DNA of 64,000 bases from Klebsormidium nitens (lineage: Eukaryota > Plantae > Klebsormidiophyceae). The notes under the pieces are model-generated. The model had not been told where the DNA came from, did no database searches, and was given only the letters and a program-made list of their open reading frames with translations. The stretch is taken from NCBI GenBank assembly GCA_000708835.1, contig DF237152.1, forward strand, positions 2,938 through 66,937, in the 5' to 3' direction. This document shows, one piece after another, positions 15,807 to 29,200 of the stretch. Position numbers and translations under genes: made by a program. The number at the start of each line of letters is the position of its first letter. Position 1 is the stretch's first letter.

Positions 15807-16980
15807 ATGCTCGCAAGCAGATTAGCGACCTGAGCCGAAAGCTACATTGTGACGTCGCTGATGAATCTCTGTAATATGCGGACCGAGGAGTTTCGACTTC
15901 CACTCGAAATACTGGTCATGATGATCTGAAGATATCGTGTACAATACAAAATGCCACGATTGTTGATGTCAATTTCTTAGGAGATCAGAATATGGTTTTG
16001 CCTTGCTTCATGTTCATACATCGGATTGTACGCTCATTCAAAGTCAGTGTGCAGTACTAATATGCTCGTGCAATCCGATCTGTGGATCTAAGAGGCTTCC
16101 AGCCCATGCAAATGACATGATATGGCCAATTTCAACGTTGGATATTTAAAAAAGGTCATGTAGGCCATGCAAGGTTGCCAAACCTGAGAACGCGGCACCA
16201 GACCTCATGAAGTTGCGGTTCAAAGCCAACAGATGCTGTCGGAGACTAACCGATGGGCCCCAACGCCCACTCAGAAAGAGCACATCTTTGTAATTCTCGA
16301 ACAGTCATCAAGAATCTGCTATACATGTTTCAATATATTGTACATCATTGCATGCACTAAGCTATGGCTAGCTAGATCATTATAGCATGATCAGACTTGC
16401 CAGTCGCGGCATGCACAGAAAGTGGACATGTGTTGATTGAACATTTATCGGACATAGTCATTCATCGATCATCTCGGCCGGCATTGCAAGGGCATCACCT
16501 GCTTGCGCATCTGCTGAGTTCGTACGCAGATTGTGGGCCTCGCATTCAACCCCGGCACATATAATGACCAGCCTTACGTGCCGCAATATCCCATGATTTT
16601 GTCAGCATGAATGCAATGAGGCCCTTGTGGCCCGGCCCCGGCAATCATGGGCCGATGCTCAGCAAGAAATCTTCCGTAGAAATTCGGGCTCCGCTCACAT
16701 GGAGAGCTTTGCAACTTCATCCGTTCATTCAATCTGCACTAGCGACAGCGCGCCTTACGGTCCGGCAGCAACATCTTCAATTCCGTTCCTGCCAAGTACG
16801 ACCACAGCTGAGAACAAATGTATAGGATAAGTGGTCAGCGTTTGTGACAAGTCACGATTCTCGTTGACTTAAGATTGCTGCGCCACGCCTGCTTCCAGAA
16901 ACGTGCGTCCTTGATGAGACTTACACGAAAGACCTCTATATCAAAAGCTTTCCAGACCTGTGGGAACGTTGATTGCTTCG

Positions 16981-18965
16981 TCACAACGACGCATACGCTT
17001 TGTCGAAGGCACTTTCCTTCCGCCTACAGAGGAGAAACGGAAGGGCCTGGTCAGTCATCCAGTCACGCGTACGGTCGTTCTCATGCAACTTTTGTACGCA
17101 ATGACCTCCTTTGGGCGTCACTCCCTGATCTTCAAAATTTGCGGCCGCTAGTAGATCTGAAGACAAAATGGCTTTCCGATCCGCCTAAATCTGGGACGTC
17201 AGCGCTGGATTTGCGAAAGGCCATGATCGGATCCATTTGACATTGAACAGGTATTGAAGTTTCGCTGAGCATGAGGTGATAAGTGATGGTGTCACAGAAG
17301 CAATTTTCTTCACGCACTCCCAGCCACGTCATTAAGTGTTCGAAGTAGAGATCCACACGAGGGACAAGAAACATGTCGTTTCCAATTCTCACCTGTCTTC
17401 GAAGAGTGTCGATCTTTCCTCGGGCAAGTATCCTTGTGACCCACTCTCCAAGCGGCCTTCTGACATTCTGCAAGAAGATGTGATCTTCTTTCACATCTCA
17501 ACCGACTCGCTGAGCAGATTAAAGAAAGAAGACGCCAAATGAGCGGGAGACAAAAAGGATGGGATTCTTTGTGAAGCCCGAGTCGTACGTCTGGAAGCAT
17601 GCTGATCAAGTTTGTCACCAGGTGAAGCGCGCAGCCCGAGCACGCAACGCTATCCAGCATAGAGTTTTGATGCACAGTCCTGCGTCATTTGCTTCAATAC
17701 TCACCCGCGCTGCAGTAGATCTCGAGAAGGCAGCCACGGCACATCTTAAATCTCTCAGACTCCTCCTCTGCCTTTCCGCAGGTAGGACCGAAACACTTTC
17801 TGACCTGGCAAGGAAAGTCACCGATCACGGGGATCGGATCTCTTTCTGTAGCGGCTAGAGTTTCCACTCTGCGTTTGATCGACAGACAACTGTCCGCAAG
17901 CCTCTCGAAGAGCTCCAGCTTCTGTTCGCTTGTCAAAATGTGCTCAAGTTCCCTAGAGTATAAATCGCGAGCAGCCCGAGACGTGCCAGTTGCGAAGAAG
18001 ATTGCTAGGATCCGCTCATACGTACTGCATGTCTTACAGGCGGCGATAGCTATGAAGGATTTTGGAACTTCGTTGATGCTTCGAAGCTTTGGGAAGAGGT
18101 CTTCCTGCTCCTTGATTTCAAACAGAGCTCTGACGGCATTGTGGATCACGAGCAGCGAACTGGACTGTGTGAGGCACTTGGCGACGAGTATCAGGACACC
18201 ATCTAGCAGAGACTTTTGCTCGCTCGTGTTGTAGCATTTGTAGAGCTCACTGATCAGCTTCAGCCCGCTGTACGCCGCAGGATTGTTGGGAGGATACGCT
18301 GTGGCTGTTCGAATCAGGCTTGAAAAAAAGGCGTCTTTTTCTGCCATGAGCTTTTTCGCTCGTTTTGAATATTCCACCAACGATGAGACTGCTCTGAGCA
18401 CTGCTATTCGTGCATCCATTGAATCCGAGTACGACCTAATATTGAACTCTTGCCTCACAAAAGAATCTAGCGCCGCTTGTTCGAAGAGCTCTTCGAGCAG
18501 TTTAAAGAGATCCTCGGTTTCTGTGAAGATATATCTGGCCGTTCTCTCGTCCACAATCATGGCAGAAAGAGCTAACAGATACGTCACAACCCTGTTGATG
18601 AGGAAAACCCTACCCTCGCTTTTGAGTTTGAGAAACCAGTCCCCAAAGACTTTGGCCTGGACTAAATCAGCCTGCAGCTCCTTGAGCAGACCTCTTTGCA
18701 GGAAGGACGAAACGCACTCTGCACATGTTACCGGTCCATGCTTTTCCAACACCTGATACAAAAGCTGTCTAAACCTCCACAGCGCAGCCAATCTTCTCTC
18801 CATGTCATTGCACTTGACTTCCCTGAGGATCTCTTCGATCCATGCAGAGGCTTCCGGCTTACGACGGTCGAACGAGACGCGCTCAATATCAGGAGCTTCG
18901 TTAGGGAAGTCTTGCACAGGTCGAGAGCTCTCTCTCCAAGTCAGGTCGGCTCGTTTGTGCGCCAT
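16981..18965 (-). CDS. Helical (ARM-like) domain + C-terminal MYND zinc finger protein, paralog 1 (~503 aa)
   Basis: Exon 1 18965-17705 ends in CFGPTCGKAEEESERFKMCRGCLLEIYCSA. Exon 2 17467-17393 gives ECQKAAWRVGHKDTC, completing the MYND pattern. Exon 3 17156-16981 is a less certain in-phase prediction. Confidence 0.8.
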
Positions 18966-19352
18966 GCTTCCTTTTTTGCAGTCCGGATGAAGCCCTTCCT
19001 TTCGAACATAAGCTTCCAGCTAGAACAACAGGCCCAAGGCCAATGTCCTTTTGCCAACCGCGCGCGCGTTACTATGAACGTGTCGCAGGGTCAATGCGTG
19101 CCGTTCATATCAACCACAGAGCCTCGCAGCTGCTTGGCTTGAAGAAGCTACAGTTGCTGACTTCCTTGGGATACGAAGTGCGCCCCTGAATCACTCCACC
19201 CCGCTGCGCTCATTAAAACTCCGCGAAGTCCGTACAAGGAACGGTGGTGCCTCCGCGGTCTTCAAGTTTGTCTTCTTGAATATAAGATTTGAGGCTTCGT
19301 GATCATGCATCTCAAAGGGAAGAGAGAATCAGAGAATCCGTGCCCTTTTGAA

Positions 19353-20124
19353 TCACGGATCACTGCCTGCCAGTTGATTGTTGATCAGATCGAAAAAATC
19401 GAACTGCAAACGTTTGACGTTGGGTCGGAGCTCGAATTTCACCACGCACCTGCTCCACCTAATGCTTCGTTGCTTCGTCGTCAGGCACAATAACCTGAGG
19501 CTGAAAAGCCGACTAGCAGACGAGGGCAGTTTTTGGCACCGGACCTCAGCATCCCATGCATCGAGTGGCCCCGAGCTCGAAGTCACTGAAGTCACGAGTG
19601 CGCTTCCCTGAATACCTGAGATTTCCCCCCTTCAGAAGAATGTTTGTTACGAGGGCGTTTAGCGACCCGCCGTCACGTGCGTGAAGCATGCAGAATCCCT
19701 GCCAGCTGGCTCATGTCATCATGCTGGAGAAATCATTCTGCTACCACAGTCTCAGGCAGCTGCTCCATGCTTCACAAAACCGTTCGGAGCAGTGGTTGCG
19801 CTTGCCATTTGATTGATTTCTCCGTGGAAGTCAGCACACTGGCTTACGCACGCGCACAGCCCTAACTCGCAGGCTTTCATTGGAGCCTGCGTCGCTGCGT
19901 TGCACTTCGCTGGGCTGGCCAGATTCACCTACTACCTCCAACTGCGCATGCAAGGTTTCCCTCAGCCAATCATATGAAATGCTGCACGGCGGAAACGATT
20001 TGACAGAAGTCAACAAGAACTTTGCGAAGTTTGCGAGATAGAATGAACATTCTGCCCGATCGCTTTGATCAAATGCGAACTTGAAGTGCTCAGCAGCGCT
20101 GACTTCGACATGCTTCCCGACCAT
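19353..20124 (-). CDS. Hypothetical spliced protein divergent from FLIP
   Basis: Open frames 20193-19831 (MVGKHVEVSAAEHFKFAFDQSDRAECSFYL...) and 19595-19353 with plausible splice sites, and a telo-box at 20422-20430 upstream. No family recognised; structure uncertain. Confidence 0.3.
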
Positions 20125-21019
20125 ATCTGGGCGATGAAGATTGATGAAACATGCATCCGATGGAGTCCTGATCGCCTTTGTCAAAACCCCCAAACGTCAT
20201 TTGAAAGTTTGAAGCTAGCCGCCAGCAAACAAACCATGGTTTGCAAACTGTCGAAATTCAAGCTGGCCTTCTTTGAGAGCTTTAGGCAATGCAATCAGAG
20301 TGCTTATGCAGTGCTCCAGACGTGAAGAGCGTGTCGGATTGCACTTCTACTCTTCTACGCTGGTGCACTCCCTGTGCACTGATCTGCAAGGCGCGGCAGT
20401 GACTGGCTCAGTGTCCACAAATTAGGGTTTGGTTCGAATAACGTCGACTCCGCGTTTCGTCCTTCGGCGCGGTGTTTTAGGCCTCTGTTGGCTGGCAGCG
20501 CCTACAGAACTTGGTAACGCTCCTGCCGAAACACTATCATTGAATATGTTCGGAAATTAGCCGCCAACCCGGTTCAAACTCAGGGGGGCAGGAGCGTCGA
20601 GTCATTGCGGGAGTCATTGGTGCGCCAACGCCTACCTAGCTGCGGATCTTTTCTTCCGCAGCCAGCCTAATCAGTAGGTCTTTCTTGTAGCGCTTTGTTC
20701 CCTGTAAGAAGGGGCTTTTGGAAGTCAATGTGGAGTCCCCAAACAAAAATTCGTGGAACTGTTGTCAACATATCAGGCCATATCAGGCAAGGAAGGTGCA
20801 GCTTAGCATTTGTTGCTGCGAAAGTCTTTCAGTGGCAGTTTCTGCGGCCCTCTTTTGAGGTTTCACTTGGAGGCAGCTTGATAGGGTTTCTCTGCCCGCA
20901 AGCGATAGCTGACTTACCTGATGCAGTTGTAATCGGTGGTGACCATGCAGTGAACGGTTTAGTCAATGTTGCAGTTTGTATCCAGAACAGACTTAGACGG
21001 GAAACCACATTCGGGCAGG

Positions 21020-24000
21020 ATGATGGAAGCAGACCTTCAAAGGAAAAGGAAGCGACTGGAAACTTTTGGCAGCCAAGTGTCAGAAGCTGACGCTCGGGAG
21101 TGCTGTGATGCTGGAAAAGAGGTACGTAAAACTACCTAGCCAGTATTCTCAAATGCTTTACAATCTTCTTTTCCACGTGGTCTATCACGTTGGAGGCTAC
21201 GCAACCGTAGAGACTAAGTTGTACGGATTTTGCAAGCCCCAGCCGGTCACAGCTTGTTTGCCATCTTCGTGCGAGGATCGGTGGAGTTTTGCATGCTGGC
21301 TTCTGTGTTACATCCAGAGGAAGTACTCCTTTGCTTATGCAATGAATCTGTCATCAGCTCATGTGCAATCCGCCAATGAGATCTTAGATGCTCCCGTAGT
21401 CAGCAGTCTGCACACTGTGAAAGAGCTTGGGCCACATTACGCCAGCAAGCACAGCGTAGTTTGCGTCAGAGAAAGTGCAAACTTTTTGCAGATCTGCGCT
21501 CGGCTTGCTGAAGAGGGACAGAAAGCGGTGCCAGATGCAGAGGTAAGCAATCAACTCTTTGCCGTGACTGACGTGCGATTCCAACCCCCTATTCTCCTTC
21601 TCTGTAGATGCCGAAGGCTTCTGAAGTGATTAACCGAACTCATATCAGTAGACTCATTTTGATTTGAATGGATTTGAAAACTTGAAAAAGGTTCCAAAGA
21701 ACAGCTGTATTTGACGCATCGGAATTCCCAAGAGTTGTGCGTCAAGAGCCAATCTTTATTCAGCAAGGTCTTGCTAAGGTACCATCACATGCTCAACTCC
21801 AAGAATCTCCGTTCAGTCTCCTTTGATTCACAAGTACTTAACTGAGTTGCAGCAGCCTGTAAGGTGCCTATAAAAGCAGTGGCCACTGCGGTGCTTCTTT
21901 GCATCTAATTGGAGGTGTGTGCTCCCGTGCAGATCCTCATTTCATCAGTGGAGTTGCTTAGGCAGGTTCTACACCGCCTGACAAGCTTGTTAGCAGAGCT
22001 TGCAGCAGCTGATGTGGCTGGACTGACAAGCCTTCTGAAAGAAAGCGTCCAAGTGGTGCAGATGCTTCTCATGCCCAAGGCGGTGAGTTGTTGTTCCCAA
22101 TATATTGTTTGTCCCTTAAGTAGCTTTTGAAAGTGATGAGAGGTGCATGCAGTTGTCTCCTTGTAGTCGAATGTCTGAATGGTCCTATTTGCATGGCGCT
22201 TCGTCAAGGCTTAGGTGCACGTTCATTCAACTTTTCTCAAGGTGTGCCCTATAATAGCCTGCACCAAAGCACGCACTCAGGATGACTTCGCCACAGAAGA
22301 CCATAAGACTGGTAGGTTCGCAATAGAAGGAAGAGACTCAAGCGCATACAGTGTCGACCAGAGTTTCAGATTTGCAGGACATTCTTGAATCAAAGCATGA
22401 ATAACCGTGAACACGACTTTTCTCCTCCTTGAAACCAAGGTTCATCTCCGAGATAAACAAGCATGGGTCTGAATGAGCAAAGTCCTACTGTGCAGGAAGA
22501 CAAGCGACCCCTGACGGAAGCCACTGAAAAGGCAGCCATGGAGCTCTTCGAGGGGACCCTCTCTGCGGTGGTTGCTGTCTGCAACTTCCTCCCCCAAGCA
22601 GACGGCCAGTCACGCCCCAGTCTCATCACCTGCGCCTCACAAGCTCACAAGGCCACCTTAGCTTTCGCCAAAGCCGCCCTCGACTCTCGCTCCCAGCTTG
22701 CGCTGCGCCTCTGGAAGAATGTTGGGGAGCAATTACGCTGCGCTGCAGTAGATCCCACCCTGGAACCCGTCCTGTTCGACGTACCAGCAATTGCGCTCCA
22801 CCTTTTCGACTACAGTGCCTCTCAGCTCCAAAACGCGCTCCGCATGTGGCAAAACCCCGAAGAGCAAGCGGAGAACGAGGCGCGGGACAAACGGCTCACG
22901 GGGCCGATCCGTCACGGGCTCCTCACGGTGCTTCGGATCACTGCCACATGTCCAGCCAGCGTCGCGAGCCAGCCCTGCGCGCGCTCGCTCGCCGCGTTCG
23001 TCGTCCTGGTGACGTCACTCGTCTCAGGCCCCGTTTCACCGCTCCCAGCGAGCGCGCGGGGCGCTCTGACGAAGTCCGTCGCGGAGGCGATGATCGCCGT
23101 CCTGACAATGCTCCTGGAATCGGACGCCGTTCCTGACGAGTCCAAGTGCTTTCTCGTCCGAGCCCTCTGCGATGCTGACGTCACTGCCGGGGGAGGTCAA
23201 GAACAAGGGCTCACAGCCGGGGGGGTAGGAAACCAGGGGCTGTCAGACGGGGGGGATGTAGAGCAAGGCGGGGTCGCGCTCTACCGGGCCTGCGCAGAGA
23301 CAGATGACCTGGGGCCGCTTCTCCCTGCCGGCCGGCTGACGTCATTCTCGACGCTCCTCTCGCAGAGCGCCAAGTACAGCCTCGCAGTCAAGGAGGAGCT
23401 CTCCCGCCTACTCCCACAGATCCCAAACCTAGTAGCCGCTTCGTACCCCAGTCTCCAATCTGAAACCCCCGACTCGTACGCTCAGCTCCTCCAGTCTCTC
23501 GCCACGTTTGCGGTCGTGTCCGAAGCGTCCAGCAGTAGTGTCACGCGCCGCGGCGTCGAGAGGTTCCTCCTCGAGGTTGTGATCAGCGGTCATCCTCTGA
23601 CGCAGCAGCTCGCACACGATCTGTGGGGTTTCGTTTTCCAGCTGTCGAAAACCCCCCTGAAGGAGGCTCAGCTCCGGACGCTGCTGACGGTGCTCGCGGG
23701 GCTTGTCGTGTCTGAAGCGGCGCTGACGTCAGCGGGGGATCCCCCTGGATTTGCGGAGACACGAGGCCTCTCGCGCGCCATCTTCAGCGTAGCCACGCTC
23801 GTGAACCAGCTTCTGAGAGCTGCCGCGCCGGAGCAACTAGGCGCGGTCTACCGGCAGTACGTCGGGCCAGTGCGGAAGGACCTTGCAGAGACCCGCGTCT
23901 GTGAGACGCTTCTGCGGATGGGGTTTCCGACGGAACGATTGCCTGATGCGCTTCAGAAGGATTTGGCAGGGGCTTTGTTTAGCAGTGTCCTGAAGGCGGC

Positions 24001-25442
24001 GGAGGGGCAGGCGTCGCAGCTAGGAAGGGGGACGGCGACCGGCACAGAGGAGCTGCTGCTACGGAGTCGCCTCGCAATCCTGGAGGCCATCGTCAAAGAC
24101 CCGTAAGTTTCTTAATCTCGATCTCGACGCGACGTTGACATTCTACAGAGGTTTCTTGGGGATTGGTTTGACTTACGCGTTCGAACGCTGTTTTGCCGTT
24201 CTGCAAACTCGTGCCTTCCGATCTTCTCGATCGTAAAAGCAAGCGCCACTGGAGCAGTCTTCGCACCTCGTCCATTTGCTGATCCTAAAAACTCTTGAGA
24301 CCTTCAAAAGTTTCGTTCAGTCCCAAGTCCGCACGTAAGGCTCCAACACCTCGCTTCTCATTTGGTCAATACGCGGAAAAGGGTTCGACTCGAGGGTCTT
24401 CCGTCGTCGCAGGTCCTTCGAGCGCAACGGATCGCAACCCCTCGCCCAGGCCGCCGGCCAGCTCGCTGTTCGCATACTCACCTCCCAAACCGGAACGAAG
24501 TACGGAATATCCAACGGAACGGCAAACGGAACGGCAAACGGAACGGCAAACGGAACGGCCTGCAGCGGAACCCCTGCCGCGCTCCACGCTCCTGCCCTCC
24601 GCCTCCTCATTGCCGCCCAACAGCACGTCCCTTCCGAACAGCTGTGGGCTGTGCTGCCCGCGCTCCTCTCCGTTTTTCGTTCCGCCGCCCGTTCCGGTTC
24701 CGCTGTTCCGCCCGCCCTCAAGCCCGCGCTCGCCGACTTCCTTGCGGCGCTCGCGAGCATTGCCATGCCCGAATCCGGCCCGGAACTGCAGGCGCTGGTG
24801 GAGCTGTACCACGCGCTGCTCCGGGAGAGCCACTGGGCGCTGGCCCACGTGGCGCTGACGTCATTCGCGCACTTTGCGGCGACGTCGCCGTACACGGACC
24901 TGTGGCGGCTCGTCCCGACGGACGCGGCCGCGGGTCGATTCGAGGGCGCGCTCGCGGGCGACAGCCTGAGCGACAGTGGTCAGGAGCTCGACGGGTTCAT
25001 GCGCGCGCTGCAGACGTTCCTCGAGCGGAGCGTCGGAAAAGACTTCTTGCTGTCGAGTGCGGCGGAGCACGCGGCGCTCGGTGAGGACGGCAGGATCCTG
25101 GCGGAGCGCATTGGGGAGGCGTTGGCAGTTCGGGCCGCGGTTCTGTTGGAGGTGTCCGATCTGAACGAACCTGCGCCGGAAGAGGCGCACGCGAACGGGG
25201 TGGAGGTGCGCGGCGAGGTCCGGCAAGGAAGGGAAAGCGCTGACGTGGACGGTGCGGCGGGCGTGCCGGAGGAGCTTCAGGACGCGTGTGACGACATGGA
25301 TAGGTGTGTGACGACACTTCGGAACGGGTTGAAGAGAGCGGCGGCGCGTTTGACAACGGACGAGAGGGGTGCGCTGCGGAAGAAGTTTGGGTCTCTGGGC
25401 CAAAAGCTGGCAGGCCTGGTTGAACAACTGTTTCCAGACTGA
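21020..25442 (+). CDS. FLIP: FIGL1-interacting protein FLIP / FIRRM (C1orf112, DUF4487) homolog
   Basis: Large exons ~22490-24102 and 24413-25442. Segments ERFLLEVVISGHPLTQQLAHDLW, GFPTERLPDAL and ELYHALLRESHWALAHVALTSFAHFAATSPYTDLWRLVPTDAA, then FMRALQTFLE, align with recalled Arabidopsis FLIP (At1g04650) segments. The 5' exons (21020-21121, ~21320-21542, ~21931-22082) are tentative. Confidence 0.82.
24511..24558 (+). repeat. 12 bp coding tandem repeat (AACGGAACGGCA) x~4, encoding NGTA repeats in FLIP
   Basis: Read directly from the sequence; lies in frame inside the last FLIP exon. Confidence 0.85.
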
Positions 25443-26298
25443 CCCTCTAGCAGAAATCTGCTACTACGTACCGGCGAAAGCGGACATGCCTTTCTGACTT
25501 TCACCACTCTCTCCACGTCTTTTGGTCGGCTAACGCGCTGCGCTCTTGCCGTCCGACGGCGACCATCAATGCACCACGTTGCATGCCCCATTCACCTTTC
25601 TTTGACCTCTGACAAACCTTGCTCCGCCCTCGCGCTGAATGACTACTGCCCCACACTGACCTGATTTGCCATGCAGTCGGACATCATTGCAGCTCGATGA
25701 AGCATCCCTGTCGATCAGGTCTATCCCTCAAGGATGCAGAAGGCGAACCTAGAGCACTCAATGCTTCACTCAAGTTGCCATTGAGATGCCCCTGCAAACT
25801 GATTTATGAAGCACCCGCATCTCATGGCAGCTCGAGCTGCGTGCGCTAGTGGACTCGGACGTGCATGCGAGCCTACCTGCAAGGCCGGCCTCGTGTCATC
25901 CAACGGCCCATATCTTTACTATATACTGTAGCTACACGCTAGCTAGCTCTAAGTTGCAGTCAAGGTCGATCAAAATTAGAAGACATGTGCAAGTCCGACT
26001 CGTCGAGCTAGGAGTATATATACCTATGTGAATTCGATCTCGTGGCATCATAAGTACACGGTAGGGACTTTTGATATTATAGTTGACGATTGATACGTAC
26101 ATACAGAATCACCATGCCATCCGTCCACCAACTTACTTAAGGATGGTGGTAATTGTCTATTACAGGAGTACGGGGGATCGCACGCAGTTGCTGTTAGTTG
26201 GGGCTCCTGCATGAGCTTCTCTCTTGCTGAACGGGCGGTGACACAATACTTCGAAGCATAGCTGCCCTGATAGTTCGACGTTTGGTGGGCTAGCTAGA

Positions 26299-29200
26299 CT
26301 AGGCTACAAATACAACGAAGATTATCAAAAACACAATAAGGACAAAGAAAATCTTGATTATTAGCCATCTATTAGACGATATTCGATTCAAGTACTTGAG
26401 CAATGCTCCTTGGGCTCCCTCAACATTCGTCAGTGTTTCGTCCATGTTCTCGTCGATCCTGCAGCGGAATTTCAATCGTTCAGGGGGCCACAAAAGAACA
26501 GATTGGAGATTCGTCCGTCCTTGGTAGTCGTCTAGTTAGATCAGTTCAAGAAAGTTGGAAACATGCCTGACCATGAGCGTCGCTTCCGGGGGATAGAGGG
26601 AAGACCAAAAGATAAAACTGCTTCCTAAGCGCACCCGTAGGCGCCAGCCCGAGGAGCACAGGGAAAAGTCACAATTCTGATGAGGCCAGGTCATTATGCA
26701 TTGCCCAGCTTTCGTAACGAACAGCAGAAAAACGACCGAGCGTATATTGGTCTCGACTCTTACGGATGAAACTGCTTCTCTTCGATCTTGAAGCAGAAAC
26801 AATCACGAAACATGAAGGCCCCAAGCCGATTGCTGAACTCGATTCAGGCCCTGCTTCCAAAAAGGCGGTCTTGAAACCACAGTAATCATAACCAAGGTTG
26901 AAAGCAGTTTGATGAGCAGAACGTTTCAAAAAGGTCCGGCCAGTCCAATGGTTCAATTAATCAGATCAATCTGCGAGCCATTAAGCAGCGACAAGTTTGA
27001 TGGCCTCTGACATTGTGTTGAACAATCAAAGTGATTTGAGGCATTGGTGACAAAGCCCCTGGCGCTGGACGGCCGGCAGAAAAAGATCTGATATTTCGAT
27101 CGGGACGCTTAGGAACAGGGAAGAAGATTCCCAGAAGTTCAACCAAGCTCCGCCCGGCCATCTTGATGACAATCTCGTTCTGTCTCTAAATCATTCTCTA
27201 CTTACTCCCTATATACCCCATAACGACCCGGGCCTAAACAATGGCGGCGACGTCCGCCTCATGACCACCTCTCCCCTTGGCGTTTATCCTCTTATTGCAC
27301 AATCAAGACACCTCATAGCATCCGAGTAGCAGGTCAAAATAAGCATCGAGACTCAGGAAAAGAAAGCCACCCCCGTTGATGCCCCAAATCTCCCCCCGGC
27401 TGAACGAAATTCTCGGTTCGCGGATTTGTACTACCGAGAACCCCATGGGTCCCACATCTCATGCCTAGATGTAGCAAGCACAAGGTGACAAACCCGGCTC
27501 CAACCTCTGCATGGCTCTGCACCATCTCCGCGGGCTTGCACCGCTTGGTATTCCATTTTCTCCGAGAATTCCATCCATAAAAGCACATTATAATCCCATC
27601 CTATCAGACACGCATCCCTAAAACGCCCCTCACCTGATGGCCATCTCGCCCTGGCTCTGCACCATCTCCGCGAGCTTGCTGAAGATGTCCCCCAGCTCCA
27701 CGATGGTGCTCTCCACGCTGTGCAGCGCCTCCGCACGGCTGGCCATGAAGCTGTCCTGGCCCGGCACCATCTGCTGCTGCAGCTGCGCCGCGGAGGGGGG
27801 GGCGTGCGTCGGGAGGAGGGGGTCGCCGGAGCGCCGCCTGGGGAGGGGGTGGAAGAAGTTAGAACTTCTTGGACAGGGGGGAAAGCTTTTCTTTCTTTTC
27901 CCCCCGTTCGGAGGGGGTAAACGAAGTTCAGGACTCTTGGACCGGGGGAAAGAAGTTAGGGCTCTGCAAGGGTGCGGAAAGCGAACGACATGGGTTGCGA
28001 AATGAAGGCGGCAAGCGGCTCCTGGAGTGGCAAGAAGATGAGCACATTGATTTGCGACGAGGGGTCGAGGGAGCGCTGGCTGGAGGGGGGGAGGAGACAC
28101 ATCAAGAGAGAGGCAGAGACAAGTGGGGTGGATGCTTGGAGAAGCAACAGCTGAATGCCGCCTGGAGGGGGAGGGAAACCGAGTCAAGGTCGCTTTAGAC
28201 AGGGGGAGAAGTCAATGAGGAGCAGGAAGTGATTCGGCCAGCGGCTCCTGGATGCAGAAGCAACCTGGAGATTGCGTGGAATGAGGGGGTCGCCGAAGGA
28301 GAGGGGAGAAAAAGAGTAAGGGTCATCTCTAGGGGTGGGGGAAGAGAGGATTGGAGGAGCAAAAAAAGTGGTGCGCCGATTGAACAGGAAAGATTGGTTG
28401 GGAAGAAGGGGCATGCGTTGGCAGGAGGGGTCGCTCGGATGCCGCCTGAAGGATTTTGGGAGGGTTTAGGAATCTTCAATGGGGAAGAGGGAAACGATTC
28501 AAGTAAAGAAACGAATGGGGAGCCACGTTAGGGCGGCCACCTTGGAGCGCTCCCTGGGGAAGGGGGGAGAATGAAGCAGGGTCGCTTCCAGAAGAGAGGG
28601 GAGAAGTTGGGAAGCCGGAAGAGAGAGAGGAGAAATGACGATATTAATTGAGCGCCGCTTGCTCAGAGGAAAGAGAAAGGAAGCTGCGCGCATCTTATGA
28701 TTTGGGTCTTGGTGTGAGCAAACTTGCTGTAATGGGAACCAGAGGGGGGGGGGTCGAAACGAAGCACGGCCTGATACGAAGAAATCGGAATGGTTGCGGC
28801 AAGTCGCAAGCAACTAGAGTGACAAGGGAACTCAGCGCCGGGGTATACAAGCACTACCGCAAAGCTAGTCGAAGGTTTTGAACCCAGGAAGTAAACAACC
28901 GATAGATAGACGAGAAGAGATGGGCGATAGGAAGAAGATGCAGAACTGAAACGAAGCGGAGCTCGCCCGCATCTCTGGAACGGCTTCGCCATCGATTCGG
29001 GCAAGAGATGGTAGCACAAGCACCTTGCCCCAAGAGCGACCGAGAAGTCATCCGCTTCGTTACCTGGTTGTCAACCAATCCGTTGCGTCTAATCAAGTAC
29101 AGCTCCTCTTCGGACTGATTCCCGAAAAGGTGGCTGAAAGACGGTCCGTCAATGGCAGCACACATCAAGGTGAAACGTAGACCTGCTGGGAACATCCCTT

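Noticed and set aside
24295-25427. Multiple long overlapping/antisense ORFs over FLIP (also over TUA, SYP32, DHAD exons)
   Set aside because: Expected shadow frames of GC-rich coding sequence; no independent motifs.
27449-27460. Plant snRNA USE-like GTCCCACATCT
   Set aside because: No TATA at the expected spacing and no snRNA-like sequence downstream.
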